Positions 51,201 through 63,498 of a stretch of 64,000 nucleotides of DNA are shown here, piece after piece (positions within the stretch are counted from its first letter, which is position 1; each line of letters opens with the position of its first letter). Source of the stretch: Raillietiella orientalis (Eukaryota); assembly GCA_036172245.1 (NCBI GenBank), contig JAYWIR010000087.1, forward strand, positions 1 through 64,000, read 5' to 3'. The translations under genes were made by a program, and so were the position numbers. The notes beneath the pieces were generated by a model. The model searched no databases. It was not told where the DNA came from and worked only from the letters and a program-made list of their open reading frames with translations.

Positions 51201-54117
51201 AGGTCTGGCAGTCCGGAGCAACATGCCTGTTGGACGACAAGGGCCAGGAATGTTCGGCCCCAGCCGAAGTACGCCGCATTGTGAGACGCTACTACTCCTC
51301 GCTGTACGCGGAATTCCCGACAGAGGATATTCTTTCTGAGATACTCCTGTCTCAGGATGCTCGTGTTGTCGGTGAGGAGGAACGCGAACGTCTCAACGAG
51401 CCCTTCACGGCGGATGAATTTTCGACTGCCATCGCTGGGCTGAAGAGACGGAAGGCGCCAGGCGAGAATGGGCTCCCTGCAGAGTTTTATCAGTGCTTTG
51501 AAGTGAAACTCATTCCCTTGATGTTGAGACTCGCGACGTTGATGAGTGAATCCGCGAATGTCCCGGATTCCTTCCGCTCAGCGAAGGTGCGTCTCCTGCC
51601 GAAAGGCGGAGACTTGCGTCAACTTAACAACTGGCGTCCGATCACATTGGTGAACTCGGACGTCAAGTGGTATTCCCAGCTGTGGTTCGCGCGGTTAGGA
51701 AGTATCGCGGAATCTTTGGTGAGTCCGGAACAAACCTACGCGGTTCCGGGACGATCCTTGATGGCGAACATCCTTTTCGTGCGTACATGGATGCAGCTGC
51801 AGGAAGTTGTGGCGCAGCAAAGCCAGGCTGCTGCGAAAGTCACTGCCGCACGGAAGAAGAACAGGCGCCGACGGCAGAAGGGAACGCCAGGCGTCTTGGC
51901 GGTCGCGGTCGATCTCCACAAGTCGTTCGACTGCGTAAACCAGAAGCTGCTTTTGGAGCTTATGGAACGCTTTGGGTTCCTTGCGCAACTCGTGCTGTAT
52001 TTGCGCGCGTGCTGGCGCCACGCGCTATCCTGCATCACTTTCAGCGGCTGCCGCGTGTATGGTATTCCCGTTCGTAGGGGCATCCGACAGGGAGACAGCT
52101 TAAACCCGTTGCTCTTCAGCATCTTCTTTAGGTTGGTGCTAAGAGCACACAGGCTGACGCTGTCTCACTTGTCAAGCTGCTGCCCGGGAACGCCAGCCGT
52201 GGCCGCTTACGCTGATGACCTCCTTCTTCTGCTCCCCATGTCCACCCCGGCGTCCAGTGTCGAGAATTTTTTTGACCTGATTCGTCGAAGAGCGGGCGTG
52301 AGCGTGAACAGAGAGAAGAGCGTGGTCGTTCCTGTGGGTACGTCGTGGGAGGGGCAGTCCGACTGGATCCGCATGGGGATCCCCACGGGCGGGTACTTTT
52401 AGTACCTTGGCGTTCTTTTGGGCGCTTTAAGCGCACCCTAAGCGTGGGCGGACTGTCTTCAGCAAGTAGAGTTGGCCATCAGTCCGTTCTTTAACGGCAA
52501 GTTTACCTTGCAGGAACAAGCGACTATTGGAAGCACCTTTGTGGCCCCCCTCCTCCGTCCCCTTTTTTTTGTTCTGAACCCCCCCTATGCAGCGAAACAG
52601 CGGGCTAAACGCCTGCTCAGGAACGCTCTCTGGGGTCTGGCGAGTTCCAGGATCCGCCTTAAAGATTTGTTAGCTCCCCGTTTGGATGCTGGTTTGGGTA
52701 TCCTGACAATGGAGCGAATCGGACTGCAGGTGCAGTTCCGACTGCTGGCACTGTGTGCCCAGCTATGGACATCCCCCTGTGTGTGCCAGCCCGCGTTCTC
52801 CTGCGGAGATGCGCCGGCAGCGGAGGATTTCTCTCGCTTCTGCCGGGCACTCAATAAAGGAAGCGGGGTTTCGGGTTTCCATTGCGGCAGTTGACCGCAC
52901 TTCTGGAAGCACACTCGTGGATCTCCTGCCGCCCAATGAACTTTGAAGCTTGGCTGCAGGAGTCTGTTGAATCCTGGGCGGCGTTCCCAGGAATACGCCT
53001 TGAAGATCTTCGCCCCCTGCGCCAATTTTTTCCACGATCCTTGGAAGAAGTACTGCAGGACGAGGTGAAGTTTACTAGCCTGGTTGGCACGCCTCTTGCC
53101 GCAGCGCTGTTTGCCCTCAGGGCAACAAACGACAGTTACCAACCGGCGAGGTGGGAGGTTTCCTGCACGATAGCGGGAAAAACCAAACTTCTTGACGCCT
53201 GGTAGACGAGTGAGTTGGCGGACACCGCCACTCCTCGTGTTACTGCAAAAGGACTCCTCCGGTAAGCAGAATTACTTGCTGTCACCTCCGCAGAACTTAT
53301 AGTCCCTCCACAGTGCATGGACAGCTCGCTGCTTCTTCTTGCTTGGAAACAAGCCGTGCTGCTTTTCGTTCACTGGGGTTTTCAGTGCAACGAGCGTTGG
53401 CATCGGGACTCCGGTGGACTTGCTTCTCCGAACTGCGTTCGGTGCGGATCGACGGAGTCGATTCCGCACCTACATTTGGACTGCGGTGTCCTACAAGGAC
53501 TGTGGCGTAGGCTGACAACAGCACTAATGCATCCCGTGGACACCGCAAGAGACTTGCTACGACGATTATTCACGCCGAGCGGGCTGTCACTAAGCTCAAG
53601 GATTGCAACCAGCGGTTGTATACGCGGGATAGTTTGCGTCCGCCAGGCGTTGCTAATCAACGGACAGCACCAAGAGGTAATCAGCAAAGCATCCGTCTAC
53701 ATGGGAGCATCCGCTAGATGGTGTCATTTCATAGAGGAGACAAGAAGGAATCTCGCCGAAATACACCGCCGGTTTACACACGCTCAGCAGCTGCCAACCC
53801 GGTGATGATTGCCCTACCCTCCATTTACTGATTTTGTAATTTCTTTTAACACCCGCGTCCCCATAGGCTCCGGAACATTTCAGGTTTTCATCGTTTAAAT
53901 CCCCGTGAGTACGGAACCTAACCAAAACCCGTTACCCTTCCCTCGAGTTTTTGATTCTTGTTTGTTTCCCTTCATTCCTCCCATGCTGCGAGCGGTTTGT
54001 TTACGAGGTCTGGGTGCCGGTTATTTTTCTATGTTCCCTGTCGTTCTGTTGGTTGAGGACATTGTCCCTGACCAGGTTATTATTATTAATAAACGCTTCG
54101 GCGTGTCCGGGTGATAA
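48213..54117 (+). mobile_element. Element F2: full-length LINE, head-to-tail with F1
   Basis: Flanked by atttcaa (48206-48212 and 54118-54124); ORF1 48291-50213, ORF2 50213-53805. Confidence 0.93.
50213..53805 (+). pseudogene. F2 ORF2; contains the longest open stretch in the window (647 aa, APE through RT YADD)
   Basis: ORF 50459..52402 with NVYAP, LDHVF, NWRPITLVN, KSFDCV, RQGD and YADD; stops elsewhere. Confidence 0.92.
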
Positions 54118-55935
54118 ATTTCAATCTCCGCCTGCCAACAGGTGAGCCTGAAACACAAGAGAACGCGATGATCGAGTTGTGCGCCGCCATGCGTGCGCAC
54201 AACTTGTTCGCGGTTGAGAGCGGAATGGCGCGTAGCATCGACCACGTTTTCCTCGACACTGACCTGTGTTCACGGGTCGGCAAATGGGGGAAGATTGCCT
54301 CGACGCTTTCGGACCATTCCGGGCTAATTTTCGAGATGCGGCCTCACGACAAGGGACCGCCATCCCGAATACCTGAGAAGTGTCACGTTCGGGAATCTCC
54401 AGGACTGGAACCTTTTTAAGGAATCGGTCCGCGTTTTCTGCGAGCAGTTCCCCCTGGATCGCTGCCCTTGGATTTGGCGAGGGTACTTGCAACCATCGAG
54501 CCTATTTACAGGACCTTCGTTACGAGAGAAAATCTAATGTCTGTCGCTTAGCCGAGTACAGCGCTGGGGCCGAACGCCAAGGCTGGCAATCCGAGTCGGC
54601 CAGCTTGCTGAACGACCAGGGCCGGGAATTTTCGTCCCCGGCGTCTGTACGGCATCTCGTGCAAAGATTTTATTCAGGCCTCTACGCCAGGACGCCTCCG
54701 GACCAAGATGCCTCTTGGCGCTTGTTCCCAAATGGTGCCCCGGCAATTGGGCAAGAGGAGTCAATGAGCCTCGACGAGCCTTTCGCTACCGGCGAAATTC
54801 TCGCTGGTATCAAAAGGCTCAAGAGGCGTGTTGCTTTGGAGGGGGACGGCTTGCCTGCGGAGTTCTTTCAGTGGTTCGCGGATGAGCTTGCCCCCCTGCT
54901 GCTCGTGTTGACAAGGCTGATCTGAAACAAAGGCGATGTTCCCGCCTCGTTTATGTCAGCCAGAGTGACGCTCCTTCCGAATGGTGGAGACCTCGGGGAT
55001 TTAAATAACTGGCGTCCCATCACCATCGTGAATACTGACGCCAAGATGCTAGCAGGGTTATGGGCTTCGCGTTTGGGGCAGGTGGCCGAGTCCATAATTA
55101 GCCCGGAGCAGACCTATGCTGTTCCCGGGCAAAGTATGGACGCCAACCTCTTTTTCGCAAGCACGTGAATGCACCTGCAAAGGAGAGAAAAAAAGGGAAA
55201 GGGAAAATCGGCAACCCAACATTGGGGCCGCTAGCGGGGCTGGAGATTGACCCCGGGGCGGGGAAGGGAGCCCTAGCGATCGCAGTCGATCTCTGTAAGG
55301 CGTTCGACTGTGAAGATCAGGAACTTCTCTTAAAGTTCCTGGGTCGCATGGGCTTCCCACCCTCTTTGATGTCCTACCTGCACTCTTGCGGGCAAAATGC
55401 GATGATTACCATCTCTTTCAGCGGTCACAAGGTGTATGGCGTGCCGGTGCGGCGGGGCAGAAGGCAAGGAGATCGCTTCAGCCTACTGCTCTTTAGCACC
55501 TACTTTGAGTTGGTGCTGAGAGCGTACAGGCTGACTTTTGCCCCCTTGCCGAGCTCGTGCCCTGGTTCGCCCGCCGTAAGAATTTATGCCGACGGTCTTC
55601 TGCTCCCGTTACCTATGTCCACCGCGGCGGAGGCAATCAGAGATTTCTTCGACATGCTCAATTGCAGCACCGGACTGCAGGTGAAGCTGACGAAGTCGTC
55701 GGTGGTGCCAGTTGGTGCAACGTGGGCAGGGCAGCAGGACTTGGTCCGTTTGGGGATCCCCACAGCGAGGTGCATCAAGTACCTTGGTGTGCCGTTTGGG
55801 GAATTCTTCCCTGTGGAAGCGTGGTCGAGGTTCCTTTAAAAAGTCGAGACGGCGATCGTCCCGTTCCTGGAAGGCAAGTTTAACTTGTCGGAACGGGCCG
55901 CGGTTTGGAACGCCTTGGCGGCCCCTATCCTCCGC

Positions 55936-58712
55936 AACGAACGCGCGTGCAAATACGCGCGTTCCTTGCAAGCCCCTTTGTTAAATCCCCAAGACAGACG
56001 TTGCACAGGGAACTGTTCGCAGAACTCCCGGACCGAGTCCTTAAATAGGTCCCATTCCGCGAGATTCTGGAGGGTGACGCCTCGCAGGAATTCGCGAAGA
56101 AGTTCTTTCGCTCCTGACAGGAGCGTTCAGTTCCCTGGCATACGCCAATCCTTGGATGGCGGTCCCTTGTCGCGCGGACGCATCTCGAATAATAACCAAG
56201 AATGGTCCAACAGCGTCCAGCCAAGTGTCCCTCGTTTTCCGACCCATGTGCACAGGTCTCCGTCGAGAAAGACGTGGTCCACGCTGCTGTCCATCCTCTG
56301 TATTTCTGTCAACAAGTTGCGCGCACGCATGGCGGCGCACAACTCGTTGATCGCGTTCCCCTGTGCTCCGGGCTGATCTGAGAGCAGGCGGACGTTGAAA
56401 TCCTCTGCTATCAGATGCGCCTTTCGCACGTTTGCGTTCACCAGCCATTCGCGCTTCAAGGGTTCAAGTAACGCGTTGCGCTGCTGGTACCCTTTTTACA
56501 GCTTGGAGCGTACACATTGGTGACGATGAGTTCGATCGAATCCGACCATCTGAGAATCAGTTGGCCGATCCGTTCGTCGTCCCCAGAGCGCACGCCGTTC
56601 ACGGCCGCGTTAATAGCTGAGTTTAGAAAGAAAGCGACTCCACAAGTGATGCGGGCGCCGCATCGCAAGTACAGCCGCCCTCCCGCTATCGTTTCAATCT
56701 CCTGAGCGTCTTTTGCGGTAATCACGTGGATCTCCAGCAAATGCTCCAGGTCGGAATCTCACAAGGTGGCGGCTGTATCTCGTCTGTTTCCGTCGTCGCG
56801 CAGCCCGTTGGAATTACAACTGGCCACGCGGATCCGACGGCGACAGGCGAGTCCAGGTGTTATTCATGGGAAATTGGCGGTGGTGCTCCCGCCACCTTTT
56901 GGGGCGGGTCGCTGGACGGGGTTTGCGTCTTGCCCACCAACTCTCCATCCTTCTTACGTGCCGACGTCTCCGGCTGCCCGTGCGAAGGGAATGTTGCTCG
57001 TACCTGTTGGCCCACATCCATTCATGCGGGTGGTTCAGGTTTGGCGGTCTCAGGGGGCATTGCTGACCCCTGGTTACCCTCCTCCATTGGAGTCGCCTCG
57101 TCGTCGGCTTCCGCACGTGAGTGATGCTCGAGTTGGGCTCCCACGCTGCCATCCTCTGGTTCCTCCTCCATTGGATCCCCCTCGCGCGGAGGCGGAATGC
57201 ACCTATGGGGTTTCTAGGATTTTCGCCGCGCTTTCCTTGGTGGTGCTTCCGCAGAGAAGGATGCACTTCATGCCTTTCGGTCCGACTCACCTGCGGAGGC
57301 CATTTTAGCCGCTTCCGGCCTACGCAACACCTTTCGCGGAGGGTTCTCGCGTTCGGTAAGCGTTGCCGCAAGCTTCTCGGCGGCCTTCTCGGAGGCTGCG
57401 TCCTTGGTTTCGGCGAGTTTGTCGTCCAGCTGATCCTCTTCGCAAGCAGGGGGTGAGTTTTCGCGCGCATTGGTCGCGGCGGAAAAAACGATAGAAGCCG
57501 TATCACCTCCGGGGGTGTCGGTGGGAACGTCAATGCGCTCCAGCGTAACCGTGCTTTTTGGGAGAGTTTTAACGCGCGACACGGATTGAGCTTTTGTTCC
57601 GGCCACCGCCTCTTCTCCTTTCTTCGGGACATGCTTGTCCTTATTCTCTTTTTTGGCTTCAATTAGCTTCCAGCTCTGTTATCCCTCTGCGGTTCCGGGA
57701 AGATTTTACTCCGATGCCGCGGTTCGATCTAGGGTTATTGGCAGCTTTTCTCGCACAGCTTCACGGTTTTTAAAATTTTTCTTTCCCCGCGCGTTTCCCT
57801 TGCGCCTTTTTCGCGGACGACAAAATTGGGGTGGGGCGTTTAGAGCACACGCGACGGACGTGTCCCTTCTCCCCGCACAAGTAGCATACGATGTTTGGGC
57901 ACCTCTTTCGGATGTGACCGAACGTATCGCAGTAGCCGCAATACCGTGGCTTGCCCGAATACCAGAGGTCTACCGGTTCTCCCGCGACCTCAAGTTTGTG
58001 GGGTAGTTTCGCATCGTTTTTTGGGGTTACACGTGCTCCGGCGAGGCCCCCGAAGTGGCGTCCGTAGCCCTCAAAGATTGTGGGCTTCGGCAACAGCGCG
58101 TGTACGTCGCCGTACTTACTTAATTCTTTTTTGACGGCAGTGCGCGTCATGCGCATAGATGTTCCTGTCAAGTGGACCACTACCGAGTGTTCCATTGACA
58201 CCGGGTAGATCTTACGGCCGTCAATGATCAGCTGGGTATTTATAAGGCGATCGGCTATGCTGATGCTCTTGCACACCACCTCAACCCGCTGCGCCCCGGC
58301 TGAGCACGCATAGACCTTCCAGATCTTCCCCACGGACATTAGCATTTTGAAGCGCTCTGCTGAAAGCGCGCGCCGTGTTTTCCTCAAAGGGCCTACCTTG
58401 TCTACAAGCGAAGGCTTGTATTCACTATCCCGATAGGCGGCTTCCTCGGCCATGGCCTCCGCACTGGGAGCGGCGACCAATTCACTCCAAGTCTTCACCG
58501 GCTGCGAAGACGTTCCAGGGACTATTACCCCCATAGCTGTAGGTCATGTGGGAGGACTTGCCTCCCCCACAACTACATCCATCGCGGTGTCCTCTGACAC
58601 GGATGCTATCGGACACCTTAGACCCACACATTACACCTGACTACACTAAAAACTCCGTTTGCTTCCCAGACAAGGGCTGGCGGAGCGACCAAAAAACACG
58701 TCCACCCACACC
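55936..58712 (-). mobile_element. Element N: leader, ORF1 and APE; 3'-truncated
   Basis: gtggacgtgttttt leader (reverse complement, about 58691-58705); CGYCDTFGHIRKRC and CYLCGEKGHVRRVC; TAACA junction at 56858-56862. Confidence 0.87.
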
Positions 58713-58725
58713 GACTTTCGGCGAT

Positions 58726-60826
58726 GCCACCTGGTTCCGCGGGACGTTTATTAAAAACATTTCAGCAGTGAATACAGAACGTGGTTCAAGGCCCCACTGA
58801 CAGCCACGCAATACTGAAACTGCCGGGACACCGGGACGCAGCTCGGTGTGGCTCTCCTCGGCAGTGGGGGGGGATGGGTGAGAAAACAAAAAAAAAATAA
58901 AAGAGAAAAACAGACCACAAAAAAAGTTTGGAGGGCCGGGAAGGGATCACAGAAAACTGCTGGGAGGGCCTGTCCTTTGCAGGATGCCTTCTAGTTCCAT
59001 TTTCAGTTTTCCAAGATAAGGCCATTTGGTAGCTCTCTGCAGGAAGCGAGAAGCATACTCGATGACATCCCTCACGATGCAGTCTTCATCTTCGGCATCA
59101 TTCCAGGCCGCCACGATAACACGAATGCAGAAAAGTGCTGCAAGGGCTGCGGCTGGGATGAGGGCGTCCCGCACAAAGACAAGACTGAAGACACATCCAA
59201 CATTGCCACCATTTGGTATACCTAGTCCCGATTTAGGACGATCCCAAAAAATGCGGACGGCAGAGCATTTAACTAATCGGTGGGGGAGCGGCTCCTGCTC
59301 CGCATATCTGGCACACGCAAGATTAACTCTTCCCCGCGTATAGTGGAAGCGACGCGCGTTGAAGGGTAGACCCTAATGTAGCCACAGAAGCGCCGATCCT
59401 TGCCACTTCAGGGGAAGAATCCTGGATTTAACTAGAACCGGAGACCACTTCAGGTCATGTAATCGAATGCCGAGCAGCTCGCCCCATCTTCTTAATTCAC
59501 GCGAATGGAGACTAGGGGTCGTTGCATCTGTCAACTCTCCCATGGTCCAGCCGCTCATCATCTTCTCTCTGCCTGCGATACGGCAGCAGACTTGTCACCT
59601 TGGCTTACGACTTTCGTGAACTGCCCTTTGGAGGAAGGGCATCGCCGTAACAAGGGGTGTGCCTTCCGCCCACGTGCAACTCGGTGGAAATACAAGAATT
59701 TCACGGAGAGTTCGGCGGGCGCAAAAGCCGACTCGCAGGCAGTTCATCCGGTCTTCGCACCTCTAGTTCTGCTTGGCCCAGGTGCCAGCAGTCTCTTCCA
59801 GCCAAGCGGAGGAGCTGGCGGTGCCACAAACCATCCAGTCGTTCTCCTTTACCAGGGTTGCCATGCGGCCGAGCAGTAGACCGCATCTTCGAATCTTCAG
59901 GTGAGGGCACAGAAGAAACGATGCGAGTCCTTCGCAGCGGGACACAAGCCTGGCCAGGAGGTGGGCCGGAATGCACCAAGCGGTGCTTTACATCTTCGCT
60001 GCGATGGCGAGGGTTCGCCATTGCATCTGGATTTTCACGCGCTTCAGCGTCAAGATACTGAGACCGCCGTCCCGACAAGGAGCGCACAAGTCCTTCAAAG
60101 GGACTCGGGGCCTCCCCTTGCCCCAAAAAGCTATGCGGAAGAGGTCTTTTGTCCGCTTTTTAGATCCCACGGCGGCGGAAAGCAAGGGACGGAGGATGGG
60201 GGCCGCGAAGGCGTTCCAAACCGCGGCCCGTTCTGGCAAGTGAAACTTGCCTTCCAGGAACGGGTCGATCGCCGTCTCGACTTTTTGGAGGCAGCTGGAA
60301 CACGCTTCCGCAGGGGAGAAGTCCCCTAACGGCACACCGAGGTACTTGATGCACCTCACCGTGGGGATCCCCAGACGGACCCATTCCTGCTGCTCTGCTC
60401 ACGCCGCACCAACTGGCATCATGGACGACTTCGCCCTGTTCACCGTAAGTCCGGTTCCCGGATTCAGCAGGTCGAAGAACTTCTCGACCGCCGAAGCCTG
60501 GGAAGACATAAGAATCGGCAGCAGAAGGTCGTCCGCGAGCGCTGAGACCGCAGGCGTTGCGGCGCATCCATGCGGCAGGTGCGCCAGAGTTTTCCTATAC
60601 GCTCTCAGTACCAACTCAATGTAGGTACTGAAGTGCAAGAGGCTCAGGCTTTCTTATTGCAGGATTCCACGTCGCACCGGCACGCCGTGAACAGTCTGCC
60701 GCTGAAAGTAAGATTGATTTGCGAATGGCGCCTGCTGGAGCGCAAATAGTCCTTTAATGAGGGCGGGAAGCCCAAGCGTTCCAAAAGCTCCAGCAAGAGA
60801 TTCTCGTCGACGCAATCGAATGCTTT
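58726..60826 (-). mobile_element. Element K: 3' half from KAFD to the terminal hairpin
   Basis: KAFDCVD, LADD, GKFHLPERAAVW; 3' end aataaacgtcccgcggaaccaggtgg (reverse complement). Confidence 0.85.
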
Positions 60827-61279
60827 CCATCTCCGCGCCACCCCGACGGAAGGCTGGAAGGAAGTCCAGCAAACCCCGGAAAGCTTCTACCCATACCGAA
60901 GGCGTGGAGTCTACTGCGGACAGCGAGGGTGCCATGAGCTTGGGAGAATCACTGGAATCGTCACCCGAGAGAGCAACACTCACAGACACGGAGGAGATGG
61001 AGAGGCTTGAAGCCTGAAAGGTAACCAAGGTGCCTGAGGAGGCCGAAACCCTAATGGTCATCTCACCCGCCTCGGAAGAGGCTAGTTCCATTACGCCGTC
61101 ATCTTCCCGGCAATAATGCCGGGAATCTCCTGCCTCCGTCGTCTGCACATTGCCGTATGGAACGTAAACGGCATGACAGGAGCCGGCAGGAGACGAGACA
61201 TGGCCGCCATTCCAGGATGGTTCGACCTTGCGCCGCTGCAGGAGATCCATGTGATCTCTGCAGAACAAGCGCAGGAGAT
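60827..61279 (+). mobile_element. Element B': B-family fragment starting exactly after the KAFD target of K; cut by A'
   Basis: Homologous to 4665-5118; preceded by aatcgaatgcttt (60814-60826); TAATG overlap at 61114-61118. Confidence 0.85.
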
Positions 61280-63498
61280 TTCTCACCCGGTCACGCCGGG
61301 GCGTGTATTCCATATAACATAAACAAAAAAAACAATTATACAAAATAAACCAGTTGGGAACCAAACTCTCAGCCGACGACTGAACAAGAATGAAAAGAAT
61401 ATTGATGGCACGCAGGCCAGAGTAACAGTTTTGAGAACGGTGTGGGGGGGGCGGGGAACACAAAGAAACCAAAGTAAAATAAAAACAATGAATAAGGAGG
61501 ACGGGGTAAGGGTCTTTAAGATCGCTCTGGAAGACACGAAGATAAAAGCATTGGCACCGGAAATTTTACCAAGCGGAAGGGGACAGGATATAGGTGGGCG
61601 AGAGGTTGAAGGGGTCTCCGGATTACGCCGTTCTCAAAGGTCTGTAAACCGGCGATGCATGCCGGTGATGTCCTCATTCACCTTGTCACGAAGATGAGAC
61701 CACCTTGAAGCCTTCTCCATGGATTGAGCTGCAAGCAGGTGAGCCTCCCTTCGCTGCGCCTAAAACTCCAGGGCGTAGCGGGCCTTGACGATGGCGCGAA
61801 CGCAACACATGGTTGCCACAATCGCGCCAACCGAAAGTACATTCCTGCTCAAGAAGCGCCGCAGCACATCAATGGCTGTGCCTCCTTGTGGCATGATGGC
61901 CGAAGTGAGCCTTCGCCACAGTTCCCGGAGGTCACCGTAGTCCAGCAAAAGGTGCGGAAAAGACTCGATCTCTCCGCACCTTAAACAGTTTGGCAGAGCA
62001 GCGCTCCCGGAAACGATGCTTCGCTGCCTATTACAGTGTAATGCACAATGTAAAAAGAGCAGCACATCTTGTTTCCACTTTAAGGGGAACACGGAGCTGT
62101 CCAAACAAACGGGGGGAACCACTATCTCTCAGGGGGGCACACTTAAATATTCGCTCCACCGAAGTATACCCTTCGCCCGATTCGGAGGAGCGGCGGCTTA
62201 CACCAGCTCCTTTGTCGTCCAACTGCCGAGGAGCTTACTGACTGCCGCCATTTTGCAGGAGAACTCCCATTCCGCCGGTAGACAACCGTGGTTGCTTGCA
62301 CTGAGGGCAGACAGCGCTGCGGCGAGTATTGTGGCGGGCAGACGATCCGACAACTTCTTGTCCTGCATGACTTCGTCCATTCGATGACTGAGGAGAAGTC
62401 GCAGGCGCCGAAGTTCTTCCGGGCGCGTTCCTTTGGAAGCTGCCTACGATGAAAAACATTCCTGCCGCCATGCATTAATGTTCATAAGGCGGCAGGAGAT
62501 CCAGCTTTGGGCTCCCAGTTGTGACGACAGCTGCCTCAGCGGGAAGCCAAACCCTATTCTGGTGTGCCGAAAGTGGGGTAGCAACGACAGCAGTCCCTCG
62601 CTTCCCGTGCAGCGCCTCAGTATAAGGCGTGCGGGTAAGTACCACGGCGTTCACTACTGTTTGGCACAGAGGCGCAGTATCCGAAACTGGACCTGCAGTT
62701 CGATGCTGTTTAAGTCGAGGATGCCCAAGCCTGCATCCTGACGCGCCGCCACCAAGTCTTTAAGTCTTACGCGGGATCTTGCAGCGCCCCGCAACGCTTT
62801 GCGTAAAAGGCGCTGCGCCTAGACTTTGACTTCCTGGGGAGTGGACAAACAAAATACAGGGGGCGGAAGAGGGGGGCAACGTAGGTGTTCCAGATGCAGA
62901 CCCGTTCCGGCAAGACGAACTCGCCTTCTGAAAACGGGCCAAGTGCACGCTCTGCCTTCCGAAGGCAGTCCGACCACTCTTCTGTGATGCAGAAGTCGCC
63001 CAACGGCACGCCAAGGTACCTGAGGTACCTGCCCGTGGAAATGCCTAGGTCGATCTAGTCGAACTGCCCTTCCCACGTCGCACCTACCGGAACAACCATA
63101 CACTTACTCCTGTTAACGCTCACGCCCGCACCGAGACGAATCAACTCAAAGTCTTCAAGCGATGTTGCCGGGGTGGACATGGGCAACAGGAGAAGCAGGT
63201 CGTTGGCATAGGCTGCCACGGCCGGCGTACCTGGACAGGATCTCGGCAGGTTGGCTAGCGTCAGCCTGTAAGCCTCCAGCACCAATTCAAAATAGATGCT
63301 GAAGAGCAGCGGGCTTCAGCTATCACCCTGCCCAATTCCTCGTCGTACCGGCACTCCATACACGCGACAGCCACTGAAAACAATGGATGTAATCGCATAG
63401 CGCCAGCAGGAGCGCAAGTTCGCCAACATGGATGTCGGGAGATTCAGACGTTCCAAAAGCTCAAGAAGAAGCTTTTGGTTCACGCAATCGAAAGCTTT
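61280..63498 (-). mobile_element. Element A': A-family 3' half, cut at its own KAFD motif
   Basis: Homologous to about 2440-4664; same junction with the B-family APE as A. Confidence 0.88.

Larger units (their letters stand above)
40580..55935 (+). mobile_element. Element O: M-like LINE interrupted at GDFN by F1 and F2, truncated at both ends
   Basis: ORF1 part 40580-41832; APE to ..HLIAGDFN at 42298; resumes FNLRLPTGEPETQ at 54118; RT to about 55935. Confidence 0.87.

Noticed and set aside
50459..52402. An intact, active element
   Set aside because: Even the best copies (F2, L, J) have stops or frameshifts
42299..54117. LTR retrotransposon interpretation of the direct repeats
   Set aside because: The repeats are whole elements; no LTRs, protease, integrase or primer-binding site seen
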